Assembly (NCBI GenBank): GCA_963821705.1
Contig: CAWGEV010000008.1
Span: 127,023 to 191,022, forward strand
Source: an uncultured Solirubrobacterales bacterium
Lineage (GTDB): Bacteria > Actinomycetota > Thermoleophilia > Solirubrobacterales > 70-9
DNA length: 64,000 bases
Direction of reading: 5' to 3'
Shown here piece after piece: positions 9,205 to 17,620 of the stretch. The notes under the pieces were generated by a model, which was not told the origin of the DNA, made no database searches, and saw only the letters and a program-made list of their open reading frames with translations. Position 1 is the stretch's first letter, and each line of letters begins with the position of its first letter. Made by a program: the position numbers and the translations under genes.

Positions 9205-9600
9205 ATGCCCGACGAGACCTATCCCGACGACCTGCGCTATCACCCCGAGCACGACTGGGCGCGCATCGAGGGGGATCAGGCGACCTTCGGGGTCACCTGG
9301 TACGCGCAGGACGCGCTCGGCGAGGTGGTCTTCTACGAGCCGCCGGAGGCGGGCAAGGAGCTCCGCAAGGACGAGGCCTACGCCGAGGTGGAGTCCGTCA
9401 AGGCCGTCACCGACGTCTGCGCCCCGCTCTCGGGGGAGGTGACCGAGGTCAACTCGGCGCTCGCGGAGAACCCGGAGAAGATCAACGCGGACCCCTACGG
9501 TGAGGGCTGGATGGTCAAGGTGAAGCTCTCCGATCCCTCGGAAGCGGATGCGCTGATGGACGCCGCCGCCTACAAGAAGCTGCTGGCGGACTCCGACTAG
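9205..9600 (+). CDS. gcvH: Glycine cleavage system H protein (lipoyl carrier)
   Basis: Lipoyl-lysine motif EVESVKAV. The length of 131 aa fits. It follows gcvT. Confidence 0.93.
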   Translation: MPDETYPDDLRYHPEHDWARIEGDQATFGVTWYAQDALGEVVFYEPPEAGKELRKDEAYAEVESVKAVTDVCAPLSGEVTEVNSALAENPEKINADPYGEGWMVKVKLSDPSEADALMDAAAYKKLLADSD

Positions 9601-9624
9601 CCTCACTGCCATGAGGCCGTCGTC

Positions 9625-10389
9625 ATGAGTGGCCAGGAGATCGGGCTCGCCCTCTCCGTCTTCCTGGCCTGTGCCGTCGAGGCCGTCGAGGCCCTGACGA
9701 TCGTCCTCGCCGTCGGCATCACGCGGAGCTGGCGCTCCGCTCTGACCGGCTGCGCCGTCGCCGTCCTCGCCTTGGCCGTGACGACGGCCATTCTCGGGCC
9801 GGGTCTCACCTCGCTGCCCATCAACACCCTGCGCCTCGTTGTTGGTGGCCTGCTCCTGGTCTTCGGCCTCCAGTGGCTGCGCAAGGCGATCCTGCGGGCG
9901 GCCGGCCTGAAGGCCCAGCACGACGAGGACGAGATCTACCGCGAGGAGATCGCCGCAGCCCGCGCCGCCGGGGCGCGGCACGACGGCTTCGACGGCTATG
10001 CCTTCACGATCGCCTTCAAGGGCGTCCTGCTCGAAGGCCTCGAGGTGGTCTTCATCGCCCTCACCTTCGGTGCCAATCAAAACCGCCTCGACCTGGCCGC
10101 GGCTGCCGCGATCGCCGCGGTCCTGTTCGTCGCAACCGTCGGCGTCGTCGTCCACCGCCCCTTGTCCCGAGTCCCGGAGAACGCGATGAAGTTCAGCGTT
10201 GGGGTGATGCTGACCTCGTTCGGCATCTTCTGGGGCGCTGAGGGCGCCGGGGCCCACTGGCCCGGGGGCGACGCTGCCCTTCTCGCCATCGTGCCGACGG
10301 TGGTGCTGTTCGCGCTGGGCCTGGTCAGGCTGTTCCGCGCCCGGCCGGCACCGATCGAAAGCAGGGCTGTGGAGGTGGCGGGAGCATGA
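9625..10389 (+). CDS. Integral membrane protein with an internal two-fold repeat (possibly a COG4280-like small transporter)
   Basis: About 6 TM segments. A repeated acidic motif occurs in each half: AVEAVEALTIVLAVG and LLEGLEVVFIALTFG. GC3 is high. The family assignment is tentative. Confidence 0.55.
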   Translation: MSGQEIGLALSVFLACAVEAVEALTIVLAVGITRSWRSALTGCAVAVLALAVTTAILGPGLTSLPINTLRLVVGGLLLVFGLQWLRKAILRAAGLKAQHDEDEIYREEIAAARAAGARHDGFDGYAFTIAFKGVLLEGLEVVFIALTFGANQNRLDLAAAAAIAAVLFVATVGVVVHRPLSRVPENAMKFSVGVMLTSFGIFWGAEGAGAHWPGGDAALLAIVPTVVLFALGLVRLFRARPAPIESRAVEVAGA

Positions 10390-10598
10390 AGCGCGTCCGC
10401 GGCTTCCTCGCGAGCGTGTGGGAGTTCATCGTCGGCGACGACTGGATCACAGCCGTCGGCGTGGTGCTCGCGCTCGGCCTGACGGCACTCGTGAGCGAGA
10501 CGAGTTCGGCCTGGTTCGTTATGCCCGCCGCCGTCGCCGCCCTGCTCACGCTCTCGATTTGGAGGGAGGCACGGAAACACCAGCAGCAAGAACGGTGA
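10386..10598 (+). CDS. Small 2-TM membrane protein
   Basis: ATGA overlap with the preceding gene. Two hydrophobic helices (ITAVGVVLALGLTALV and FVMPAAVAALLTLSIW). 70 aa. Confidence 0.5.
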   Translation: MKRVRGFLASVWEFIVGDDWITAVGVVLALGLTALVSETSSAWFVMPAAVAALLTLSIWREARKHQQQER

Positions 10599-10722
10599 AG
10601 CGAGCGCGCGGAAAGCAGGTCGGTATCCTCCGCAGCGAGCGATGAGGCTCGCTCAAACCGCGGCCCAGCCGCTGATGGCCTCTATTCACGTCAACTAGAC
10701 GGCGAAATGGAGGTCTTTTCTG

Positions 10723-11919
10723 ATGGATCCAACCCAGCAGGCGGCGGTCCTTGTAGCCACCGTCGTCCTCGCCAGCATGATCTCGGTCGAGGTCGGCCTC
10801 TCGGTCGCGCTGATAGAGCTCGCCCTCGGCGTCGCCGTCGGCAACCTCTTCCACATCGACCCGAATACCGACTGGCTGGTGTTCATCGCCACCTTCGCTT
10901 CGATCGTCCTTACCTTCTTGGCCGGAGCAGAGGTGGATCCGGATGACTTCCGCGACCGCTGGAAGGCGTCGGTCTCGATCGGACTCGTCTCCTTTGCCGG
11001 CCCGTTCATCGTCGCCGGCCTGATTGCGTACGGCCCGCTGGGATGGGACACGAAGGCGGCCCTGATCGCGGGAACGGCCTTGTCGACGACCTCATTGGCG
11101 GTCGTCTACGCGGTCCTTGTTGAGAGCGGCCTGAACTCGACCAGCATCGGCAAGCTGATCATGAGCGCCTGCTTCGTCACCGACATGGCGACCGCGATCG
11201 CGCTGTCGGCGATCTTCATCAAGCCGAACGCCTGGTTCCCAGCCTTCCTGATCGTCTCGATCGGCCTGATCGTGGCGCTGCCGAAGATCGCTCCCTGGTT
11301 CTTCCGCCGCTACGGAGACCGGGTGATCGAGCCCGAGATCAAGCTGATCTTCCTCTGCCTGTTCAGCCTCATGGTTCTTGCAAATGCCGCCAAGGGCCAT
11401 GCGGTGCTGCCGGCGTTCGTCCTCGGCCTGGTCATGGCCAAGCACTACCAGCAGCACAAGCTCGAGCAGGAACGCCTGCGGGTCGTCGCCTTCGCCTTCC
11501 TGACTCCGTTCTTCTTTCTGCGCGGCGGACTGAACGTCTCGCTCGGCGCGGTCTTCGCCAACCTGGGCCTGTTGGCCGTGCTCTTCGCGGCCAAGATGAT
11601 TCCCAAGGTCGGGCTGATCATGCCCTTGGCCCGGCGCTGGGTGCCCAAGCACGCGGCTTTCACCACGCTGCTGATGAGCACCGGCTTGACCTTCGGGACG
11701 ATCTCCGCGCTCTACGGCCTGCAGGCCGGGATCATCGACAAGACCCAGTTCTCGCTGCTCGTCACCGTGGTTGTGCTCTCTGCCATCGTCCCAACGGCGA
11801 TCGCCCAGCGCTGGTTCTCGCCGGATGTGGACGAGGAACGTCTGGTGGACAAGACTGAGCCGATGCCCCGGGTCCGCGAGCCACAGTCCGACCCGGTCCC
11901 GGCCGGGGAGAGCGCATGA
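10723..11919 (+). CDS. Cation:proton antiporter (Na+/H+ exchanger family, CPA-type)
   Basis: About 11-12 TM helices with typical Na_H_exchanger segments. GGAGG lies 9 nt upstream of the ATG. Confidence 0.8.
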   Translation: MDPTQQAAVLVATVVLASMISVEVGLSVALIELALGVAVGNLFHIDPNTDWLVFIATFASIVLTFLAGAEVDPDDFRDRWKASVSIGLVSFAGPFIVAGLIAYGPLGWDTKAALIAGTALSTTSLAVVYAVLVESGLNSTSIGKLIMSACFVTDMATAIALSAIFIKPNAWFPAFLIVSIGLIVALPKIAPWFFRRYGDRVIEPEIKLIFLCLFSLMVLANAAKGHAVLPAFVLGLVMAKHYQQHKLEQERLRVVAFAFLTPFFFLRGGLNVSLGAVFANLGLLAVLFAAKMIPKVGLIMPLARRWVPKHAAFTTLLMSTGLTFGTISALYGLQAGIIDKTQFSLLVTVVVLSAIVPTAIAQRWFSPDVDEERLVDKTEPMPRVREPQSDPVPAGESA

Positions 11920-12347
11920 ACGCCTACAAGTTCGACAACGTCCTGGTCGCGATCGACGGTTCCGATGGCGCCGATCGTGCGCTCGACTGCGCGATCTCGC
12001 TGATCGAGCGCCTTGGCGGCAAGCTCACCGCGCTGGTCGTGGAAGGCAAGCTTCCGGCCTACGCCGCAACCGCCGGCGAGGTCGACGAGGTGAAGAAGGA
12101 GAAGGATGCCTTCTTCCAGCGGGTCCTCGAGGGCGCCAAAGAGGAGGCCAGGAAGCACGGCGTCGAACTCGAGACCGATCTGGTTCCTGGTCACGCGGCC
12201 GAGGTGATCACTCATTACGCGAAGGGGCACGGACACGACCTGATCGTGATCGGTCACCGTGGGCATTTCCTGGGCGATTACCTGCTCGGGTCCACGGCGG
12301 ATCGGGTCTCGCATCACGCCCACTGCCCGGTGATCGTCGTTCGCTAG
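11916..12347 (+). CDS. Universal stress protein
   Basis: VLVAIDGSDGADRAL N-terminus and C-terminal GHRG...LGSTADRVSHHAHCPVIVV ATP-binding motif. ATGA overlap with the antiporter gene. Confidence 0.88.
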   Translation: MNAYKFDNVLVAIDGSDGADRALDCAISLIERLGGKLTALVVEGKLPAYAATAGEVDEVKKEKDAFFQRVLEGAKEEARKHGVELETDLVPGHAAEVITHYAKGHGHDLIVIGHRGHFLGDYLLGSTADRVSHHAHCPVIVVR

Positions 12348-12386
12348 CCCGGCCCCATCGGAGTGCCTGTCTACGATTGTCCACCT

Positions 12387-13772
12387 GTGAGCCGGTACAC
12401 GTCCGCGACCGATCAGGACCGCCGCGAGATGCTCGAGGCGGTCGGCGCCGCCTCGATCGATGACCTCTTCGAGGAGATCCCCGAGGGAGTCCGCCTCGGC
12501 CGGCCCCTCGAGCTGCCCGACGGCAAGCCCGAGACGGAGGTCTACGACCGCCTCTCCGCGCTCGCCTCGCGGAACGCGCACGCGGAGGCTGAGACGAGCT
12601 TCCTCGGAGCCGGCATGTATGACCACTACGTGCCGGCGATCGTCGACGCGATCATCGGCCGCTCGGAGTTCCTGACGCCGTACACGCCGTACCAGCCGGA
12701 GATCTCGCAGGGCGGCCTCCAGGTCATGTTCGAGTTCCAGACCGCGATGTCGGAGCTCACCGGCCTGCCCGTCTCGAACGCCGCCATGTACGAGGGGCCC
12801 TCGGCGGTCGCCTCGGCCGCCTACCTGGCGATCGGCGCGGCCGGCCGCAAGAAGCTGGTCGCATCGCGGGGCGTGCATCCGCACAGCCGCGAGTCCCTCG
12901 AGACCTACGGCGCGGGGTTCGGCTCTGAGCTGGTCGAGGTGCCGCTGGACGGCGGCGTCACCGACGCAGCCGCTCTGGCCGAGGCGATCGACGACGAGAC
13001 CGCCGCGGTCTTCCTGCAGCAGCCCAACTTCCTGGGAGCGGTCGAGGACATCGAGGCGCTCGGCGCCGCGGCGAAGGAGCACGGTGCCCTCGTCGTGGTG
13101 GCCTGCGACCCGATGGCCCTCTCGATCCTGCGGCCGCCGGGCGAATGCGGCGCGGACATCGCCGTGGGGGAGGGGCAGCCCCTCGGGAACCGCCTCGACT
13201 ACGGCGGCCCCTCGTTCGGGTTCTTCTGCGCGACGGAGGAGCACATCCGGCGCATGCCCGGGCGAATCGCGGGCGAGACGACCGACGTCGACGGCCGCCG
13301 CGGCTTCGTCCTCACGCTTCAGACCCGCGAACAGCACATCCGCCGGGAGAAGGCGACCCACAACATCTGCACCGCCCAGGCCCTCAACGCCCTCGCCGGG
13401 ATGGTCCACCTGGCCTGGCTCGGCAAGCGGGGCTTCGTCGAGCTCGGCGAGTTGCTCGTCCGCCGCACCGCCTACGCGCGGGAGCGGCTGGCGGCGCTCG
13501 ACGGCGTCGAGCTGCTCCACGACGCTCCGGTGGTGCGCGAGTTCGCAGTCAGCATCGATGCTTCCGTCCAGGCTGTCCTCGACCGCTGTGCCGCCGAGGG
13601 GATCGGCGCCGGCTATCCGCTTGGCCGCGACTACCCCGAGTACGAGAACGGGCTGCTCGTCGCCCTGACCGAGCGGCGGTCGAAGCAGGACATCGACCGC
13701 TTCGCCGACGTCCTGGGCCGGGCCGTCTCGGAGCTCCGGGGCGCGAGGGTCGCAGAGGAGGTGGTGTCGTGA
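12387..13772 (+). CDS. gcvPA: Glycine dehydrogenase (aminomethyl-transferring) subunit 1
   Basis: SRYTSATDQDRREMLEAVG matches the family N-terminus (MRY..HT..D..EML..IG). The GTG at 12387 is preferred. The alternative GTG at 12363 is the track start. Confidence 0.88.
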   Translation: MSRYTSATDQDRREMLEAVGAASIDDLFEEIPEGVRLGRPLELPDGKPETEVYDRLSALASRNAHAEAETSFLGAGMYDHYVPAIVDAIIGRSEFLTPYTPYQPEISQGGLQVMFEFQTAMSELTGLPVSNAAMYEGPSAVASAAYLAIGAAGRKKLVASRGVHPHSRESLETYGAGFGSELVEVPLDGGVTDAAALAEAIDDETAAVFLQQPNFLGAVEDIEALGAAAKEHGALVVVACDPMALSILRPPGECGADIAVGEGQPLGNRLDYGGPSFGFFCATEEHIRRMPGRIAGETTDVDGRRGFVLTLQTREQHIRREKATHNICTAQALNALAGMVHLAWLGKRGFVELGELLVRRTAYARERLAALDGVELLHDAPVVREFAVSIDASVQAVLDRCAAEGIGAGYPLGRDYPEYENGLLVALTERRSKQDIDRFADVLGRAVSELRGARVAEEVVS

Positions 13773-15313
13773 GCGAGGACGGCAAGCTGACCGCGGCCGG
13801 ACCCGAGCTGACCGAGACGCCGATGCAGCGCGACCGCGCCACCACGATCTACGAGCGCTCGGTCGAGGGCCGTCGCGCCGCAGCGCTGCCCGAGGCCGGG
13901 GTGGAGGAGCGCCCGCTCGACCAGCTGATCCCGACGAAGCTCCTGAGGGAGAAGCCCGCGGACCTGCCTGAGGTCGCCGAGCCGGAGATCGTCCGGCACT
14001 ACAACCGGATCTCGCGGCGGAACTTCGACCTCGACACCGGCTTCTATCCGCTCGGCTCGTGCACGATGAAGCACAACCCGCGGCTCAACGAGCGGGTCGC
14101 GGCGCTGCCCGGGCACGCCCGCCTTCACCCGGCGCAGGAGCCGAAGCGGGCCCAGGGCGCGCTCGAGCTGATGTGGCTCCTCCAGCAGTCGCTCTCGGAG
14201 ATCTGCGGACTGCCCCATGTCAGCCTCCAGCCCTCGGCCGGCTCCCACGGCGAACTGGCGGGCCTGCTGCTGACGCGCGCCTACCACGCGGACCGCGGCG
14301 AGAACCGGACGAAGGTCCTCACCCCCGACACCGCCCACGGGACCAACCCGGCGACGGTGACGATGGCCGGCCACGAGGTCGTGAAGCTCGCCTCCAACGA
14401 CCGCGGCGGCATCGACCTCGACGACCTGCGGGCGAAGGCGGACGAGGACACCGCCTGCCTGATGCTGACCAACCCGAACACCCTCGGGCTGTTCGACGAG
14501 AACATCGAGGAGATCGCGTCGATCGTCCACGAGGCCGGGGGGACCCTCTACTACGACGGAGCGAACCTGAACGCGATCATGGGCCGCTCGCGGCCGGGCG
14601 ACATGGGCTTCGACATCGTCCACGTCAACCTCCACAAGTCGTTCTCACAGCCGCACGGCGGCGGAGGTCCCGGGGCCGGCCCGATCGCGGCGAGCGAGCG
14701 GATCGAGCCGTTCCTGCCCCGGCCCCAGGTCGTCCGCCGCGAGCCCCAGAACGGGGGAGAGCCGTCCTTCGACCTCGACTACGACCGCCCGAAGTCGATC
14801 GGGCGCCTGCGCGGCTTCCAGGGCAACTTCGGCGTCTTCGTCCGCTCGTACGCCTACATCCTCAGTCTGGGCGGCGACGGCCTCCAGGAGGCTTCCGAGA
14901 CGGCGGTGCTGAATGCCAATTACCTGCTCGCGAGGCTCCGAGAGGGCAAGGTCGGCAAGTACACGCCCGTGGCCTTCGACCGCATGCCGATGCACGAGTT
15001 CGTCCTCTCCGGCGCACCGGCCAAGAAGGAGCTCGGCATCAAGACCCTCGACATCGCCAAGCGGCTGCTCGACTTCGGCATGCACCCGCCGACGGTCTAC
15101 TTCCCGCTGCTGGTCGACGAGGCCCTGATGGTCGAGCCCACCGAGACGGAGACGCGCGAGACGCTGGACGCGTTCGCCGAGGCGATCGAGGCGATCCTGA
15201 GCGAGGCGGGCGAGGATGCCGCCATCGCGCAGAACGCGCCCTACACGACTCCGGTGAGGCGGCTCGACGAGGTCGCCGCCAACCGCAACCCAGTCATCCG
15301 GCAGCCGCTCTAG
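13769..15313 (+). CDS. gcvPB: Glycine dehydrogenase (aminomethyl-transferring) subunit 2
   Basis: PLP-lysine region HVNLHKSFSQPHGGGGPG. The GTG at 13769 overlaps the gcvPA stop (GTGA). Confidence 0.92.
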   Translation: MSEDGKLTAAGPELTETPMQRDRATTIYERSVEGRRAAALPEAGVEERPLDQLIPTKLLREKPADLPEVAEPEIVRHYNRISRRNFDLDTGFYPLGSCTMKHNPRLNERVAALPGHARLHPAQEPKRAQGALELMWLLQQSLSEICGLPHVSLQPSAGSHGELAGLLLTRAYHADRGENRTKVLTPDTAHGTNPATVTMAGHEVVKLASNDRGGIDLDDLRAKADEDTACLMLTNPNTLGLFDENIEEIASIVHEAGGTLYYDGANLNAIMGRSRPGDMGFDIVHVNLHKSFSQPHGGGGPGAGPIAASERIEPFLPRPQVVRREPQNGGEPSFDLDYDRPKSIGRLRGFQGNFGVFVRSYAYILSLGGDGLQEASETAVLNANYLLARLREGKVGKYTPVAFDRMPMHEFVLSGAPAKKELGIKTLDIAKRLLDFGMHPPTVYFPLLVDEALMVEPTETETRETLDAFAEAIEAILSEAGEDAAIAQNAPYTTPVRRLDEVAANRNPVIRQPL

Positions 15314-15340
15314 CGGATCCGAGGCGGAGACTTCAGGCGG

Positions 15341-15377
15341 GCGACGATGCGCCCCTCGCTGTGGGGCGCATCGCCGC
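15341..15377. terminator. Strong GC-rich hairpin between convergent gcvPB and the minus-strand small ORF (likely bidirectional terminator)
   Basis: 11 contiguous base pairs (CGATGCGCCCC / GGGGCGCATCG), one mismatch, then 3 more pairs, with a 7-nt loop. Only TT follows on the plus strand. Confidence 0.5.
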
Positions 15378-15385
15378 TTGGATCA

Positions 15386-15559
15386 CTAGCCCTTGATCAC
15401 CCTGACGCCGGGGACCTTGAGCGCCGTGATCTCCGCATGGTTCACGTCGGCCGCCTGCGACGACGAGCAGATCAGCTGGGCCGTGGTGGCGGCCTTCGCC
15501 TGGCCCCGGATTCGGTCGGGGCGCACGGCGGGCACCCTTGCATGGGCGCCGGAGGGCAT
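15386..15559 (-). CDS. Unannotated small ORF (57 aa) directly downstream of the LigD-polymerase gene
   Basis: Translation: MPSGAHARVPAVRPDRIRGQAKAATTAQLICSSSQAADVNHAEITALKVPGVRVIKG*. By hand count, 53 of 57 codons end in G/C while position 2 is about 56% GC, which is coding-type periodicity. It is below the 60-aa track cutoff. GAGGAGGAG lies upstream with a rather long spacer. No family recognised. Confidence 0.45.
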   Translation of the reverse strand: MPSGAHARVPAVRPDRIRGQAKAATTAQLICSSSQAADVNHAEITALKVPGVRVIKG

Positions 15560-15569
15560 CAGCTGGACG

Positions 15570-16520
15570 TCACTCCTCCTCGAGCTCGCCGATGTCCGGG
15601 AGCTTCTGCTTGAGCTTCAGCACAGGCTCGAAGAGGTCACCCTCCTTCTCGACGCGCTTGATCGCGTCGGGGATGACGAAGCGGAGCTTCTCCGCGTCAC
15701 CGCGCTTCGCGGCGCGCTCCACCTCCCGCCAGTGGAGGGGGATCGAGGCCGTGGGGAGCTCGCGGGCTCTCAGCGAGTAGACGGCGATCGTCGTCTTCTT
15801 CTGGTGGTTCTGGCTCCAGTCGACGAAGACCTTGCCCCGGCGGTCCACCTTGGCCATCTTCGAGACGACCTCCTTCGGCGTTTGCTTCTCGAGGAGCTGG
15901 GCCACTGCCTTGGCGAACGGGCTGGTCTGCTCGTAGGTGACCTTGGTGTTGAGGGGGAAGTAGACCTGGAGGCCCTTGCCGCCGGAGACCTTCGGAAACC
16001 CCTCGAGCCCGAAGGCGCCGAACAGCTCGCGCACCCGCAGCGCGACCTTGCAGCACTCCGCGAGGCCCGCCGGAGGCCCGGGGTCGAGGTCGAACGCGAG
16101 CAGCGTCGGCTGCTCCATTCGCCTCGCTTTCGACAGCGACGGATGCAGCTCGAGGGCCGCGAGCTGCGCCATCCAGACGAGCGTGGCCCGGTTCTCGCAG
16201 AGGCAGAAGTCGATCTCCCCGGCCCGCCGATCGACGTAGATCGGCGTGGTCTTCACCCACTCGGGCCGGTGCTTGGGGCAGTTCTTCTCGAAGAAGGAGG
16301 TGTCCGGCCTGCCGACGCCCTCCGGGAAGCGCCGCAGGGTGAGGGGGCGGCCCTTCAGGTGCGGCAGGATCAGGTCCGCGACGCGGGCGTAGTAGTCGAT
16401 CACCTCCGCCTTCGTGGTCTTGGTCCTCGGGTAGAGGACCTTGTCGAGGTTGGTCAGCTTCAACCGGCGGTTCCCGACCACCACCTCCTGATGGCTGCTC
16501 CGCTTCGCGTCCGCGGCCAT
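15570..16520 (-). CDS. ligD: Stand-alone LigD-type NHEJ polymerase/primase domain protein (AEP superfamily)
   Basis: RRLKLTNLDKVLYP N-terminus, catalytic AFDLDPGP motif, SGGKGLQVY motif. Adjacent to ku. Confidence 0.88.
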   Translation of the reverse strand: MAADAKRSSHQEVVVGNRRLKLTNLDKVLYPRTKTTKAEVIDYYARVADLILPHLKGRPLTLRRFPEGVGRPDTSFFEKNCPKHRPEWVKTTPIYVDRRAGEIDFCLCENRATLVWMAQLAALELHPSLSKARRMEQPTLLAFDLDPGPPAGLAECCKVALRVRELFGAFGLEGFPKVSGGKGLQVYFPLNTKVTYEQTSPFAKAVAQLLEKQTPKEVVSKMAKVDRRGKVFVDWSQNHQKKTTIAVYSLRARELPTASIPLHWREVERAAKRGDAEKLRFVIPDAIKRVEKEGDLFEPVLKLKQKLPDIGELEEE

Positions 16521-16557
16521 CAGGTAAGGGCGCTATCCCCCTGGCAACCCTGAGCCG

Positions 16558-17493
16558 TCAGGCCTTGGCCTTCTTGCGGGAGGTGCTCTTGCGGCGACCG
16601 TTGCTGGACGAGCTCTTCGTCTTCGACGAGCTCTTCGGGCGGGAGGAGGACTTCGCCCTGGCCTTGGGCTTGGGCTTGCCCCTGCCGTCGGCGGCGGCCT
16701 CCTCGCCCTTCACGGCGGCGAGGCTCTCCTCGAGCGCCGCCATCAGGTCCGGCGCCTTGGTCGGCTTGGGCTCCTCGCTCGGCGCGCTGACGACCTCCTT
16801 GCCGGCGGCCTTGCGCTCCAGCAGGTCGAGCAGCTCCTCGCGGTACTCGTCGCGATACTTGTCCGGCTCGAAGTCGCTGGTCAGGGACTCGATCAGCTGC
16901 TTCGCCATCTCGAGCTCCCTCTTCTCGGGCTTCTTGGGCTTTGCGTCCTCGAACACCTCGCCGTCGAGGTCCTTGGGGGAGGACACCTCGTCGTGGAAGC
17001 GCATCGTGGTCAGCGTGAGCACCTCGTCCATGGGGCGGATCGCCGCCAGGTGCTCCTTGTTGCGGAGGACGAAGCGGGCGATCGCCACCTTGCGCGCCTC
17101 ATTCATCGCCTGGACGAGCAGCGCGTAGGCGCGCTCGGCGCCCTTGTCGGGGCCGAGGAAGTAGGGCTGCTCGAAGTAGATCGGGTCGATGTCGTCGAGG
17201 TCGACGAAGTCCTGGATCTCGATCGCCCGGGTTTTCTTGGGGTCGAGCTCGACGAGCTCGTCCCGCTCCAGCACGACGTACTGGTCCGGCGCGTACTCGT
17301 AGCCCTTGACGATCTTCTCGTAGGGGACCTCCTTGCCATCCGTCTCGGCCACGCGCTTGTGGCGGATGCGCGAACCATCGCCCTCACGGAGCTCCTTGAA
17401 GCGCACGGTCTGCTTGGAGACGGCGCTGTACAGCTTCACGGGCACGTTGAGCAGCCCGAAGCTGATCGATCCGCTCCAAATCGCCCTAGCCAT
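16558..17493 (-). CDS. ku: NHEJ DNA end-binding protein Ku
   Basis: MARAIWSGSISFGLLNVPVKLYSA N-terminus and a Lys-rich C-terminal tail. ATG at 17493 has GAGGTG 7 nt upstream. The track start is TTG at 17499. Confidence 0.92.
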   Translation of the reverse strand: MARAIWSGSISFGLLNVPVKLYSAVSKQTVRFKELREGDGSRIRHKRVAETDGKEVPYEKIVKGYEYAPDQYVVLERDELVELDPKKTRAIEIQDFVDLDDIDPIYFEQPYFLGPDKGAERAYALLVQAMNEARKVAIARFVLRNKEHLAAIRPMDEVLTLTTMRFHDEVSSPKDLDGEVFEDAKPKKPEKRELEMAKQLIESLTSDFEPDKYRDEYREELLDLLERKAAGKEVVSAPSEEPKPTKAPDLMAALEESLAAVKGEEAAADGRGKPKPKARAKSSSRPKSSSKTKSSSSNGRRKSTSRKKAKA

Positions 17494-17620
17494 CCTCAAT
17501 CACCTCGATCCCGAATCCTTCGACATTGCGGAGATTACCCCTGGGCGGGCGCCGGCAATCGGGCGCTCCCTTGCGTGCTCACGCCTGTAATGACCAGGTT
17601 CAGCGCTGAAACTCATCGGT

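Noticed and set aside
10599-10722. 124-nt gap before the antiporter gene. It contains a GCGAGC-gatgag-GCTCGC hairpin and an 18-codon ORF (MRLAQTAAQPLMASIHVN).
   Set aside because: The hairpin is short (6 bp) with no U-tract. The mini-ORF has mediocre GC3 and no Shine-Dalgarno sequence. The evidence is insufficient for a terminator, leader or sRNA call.
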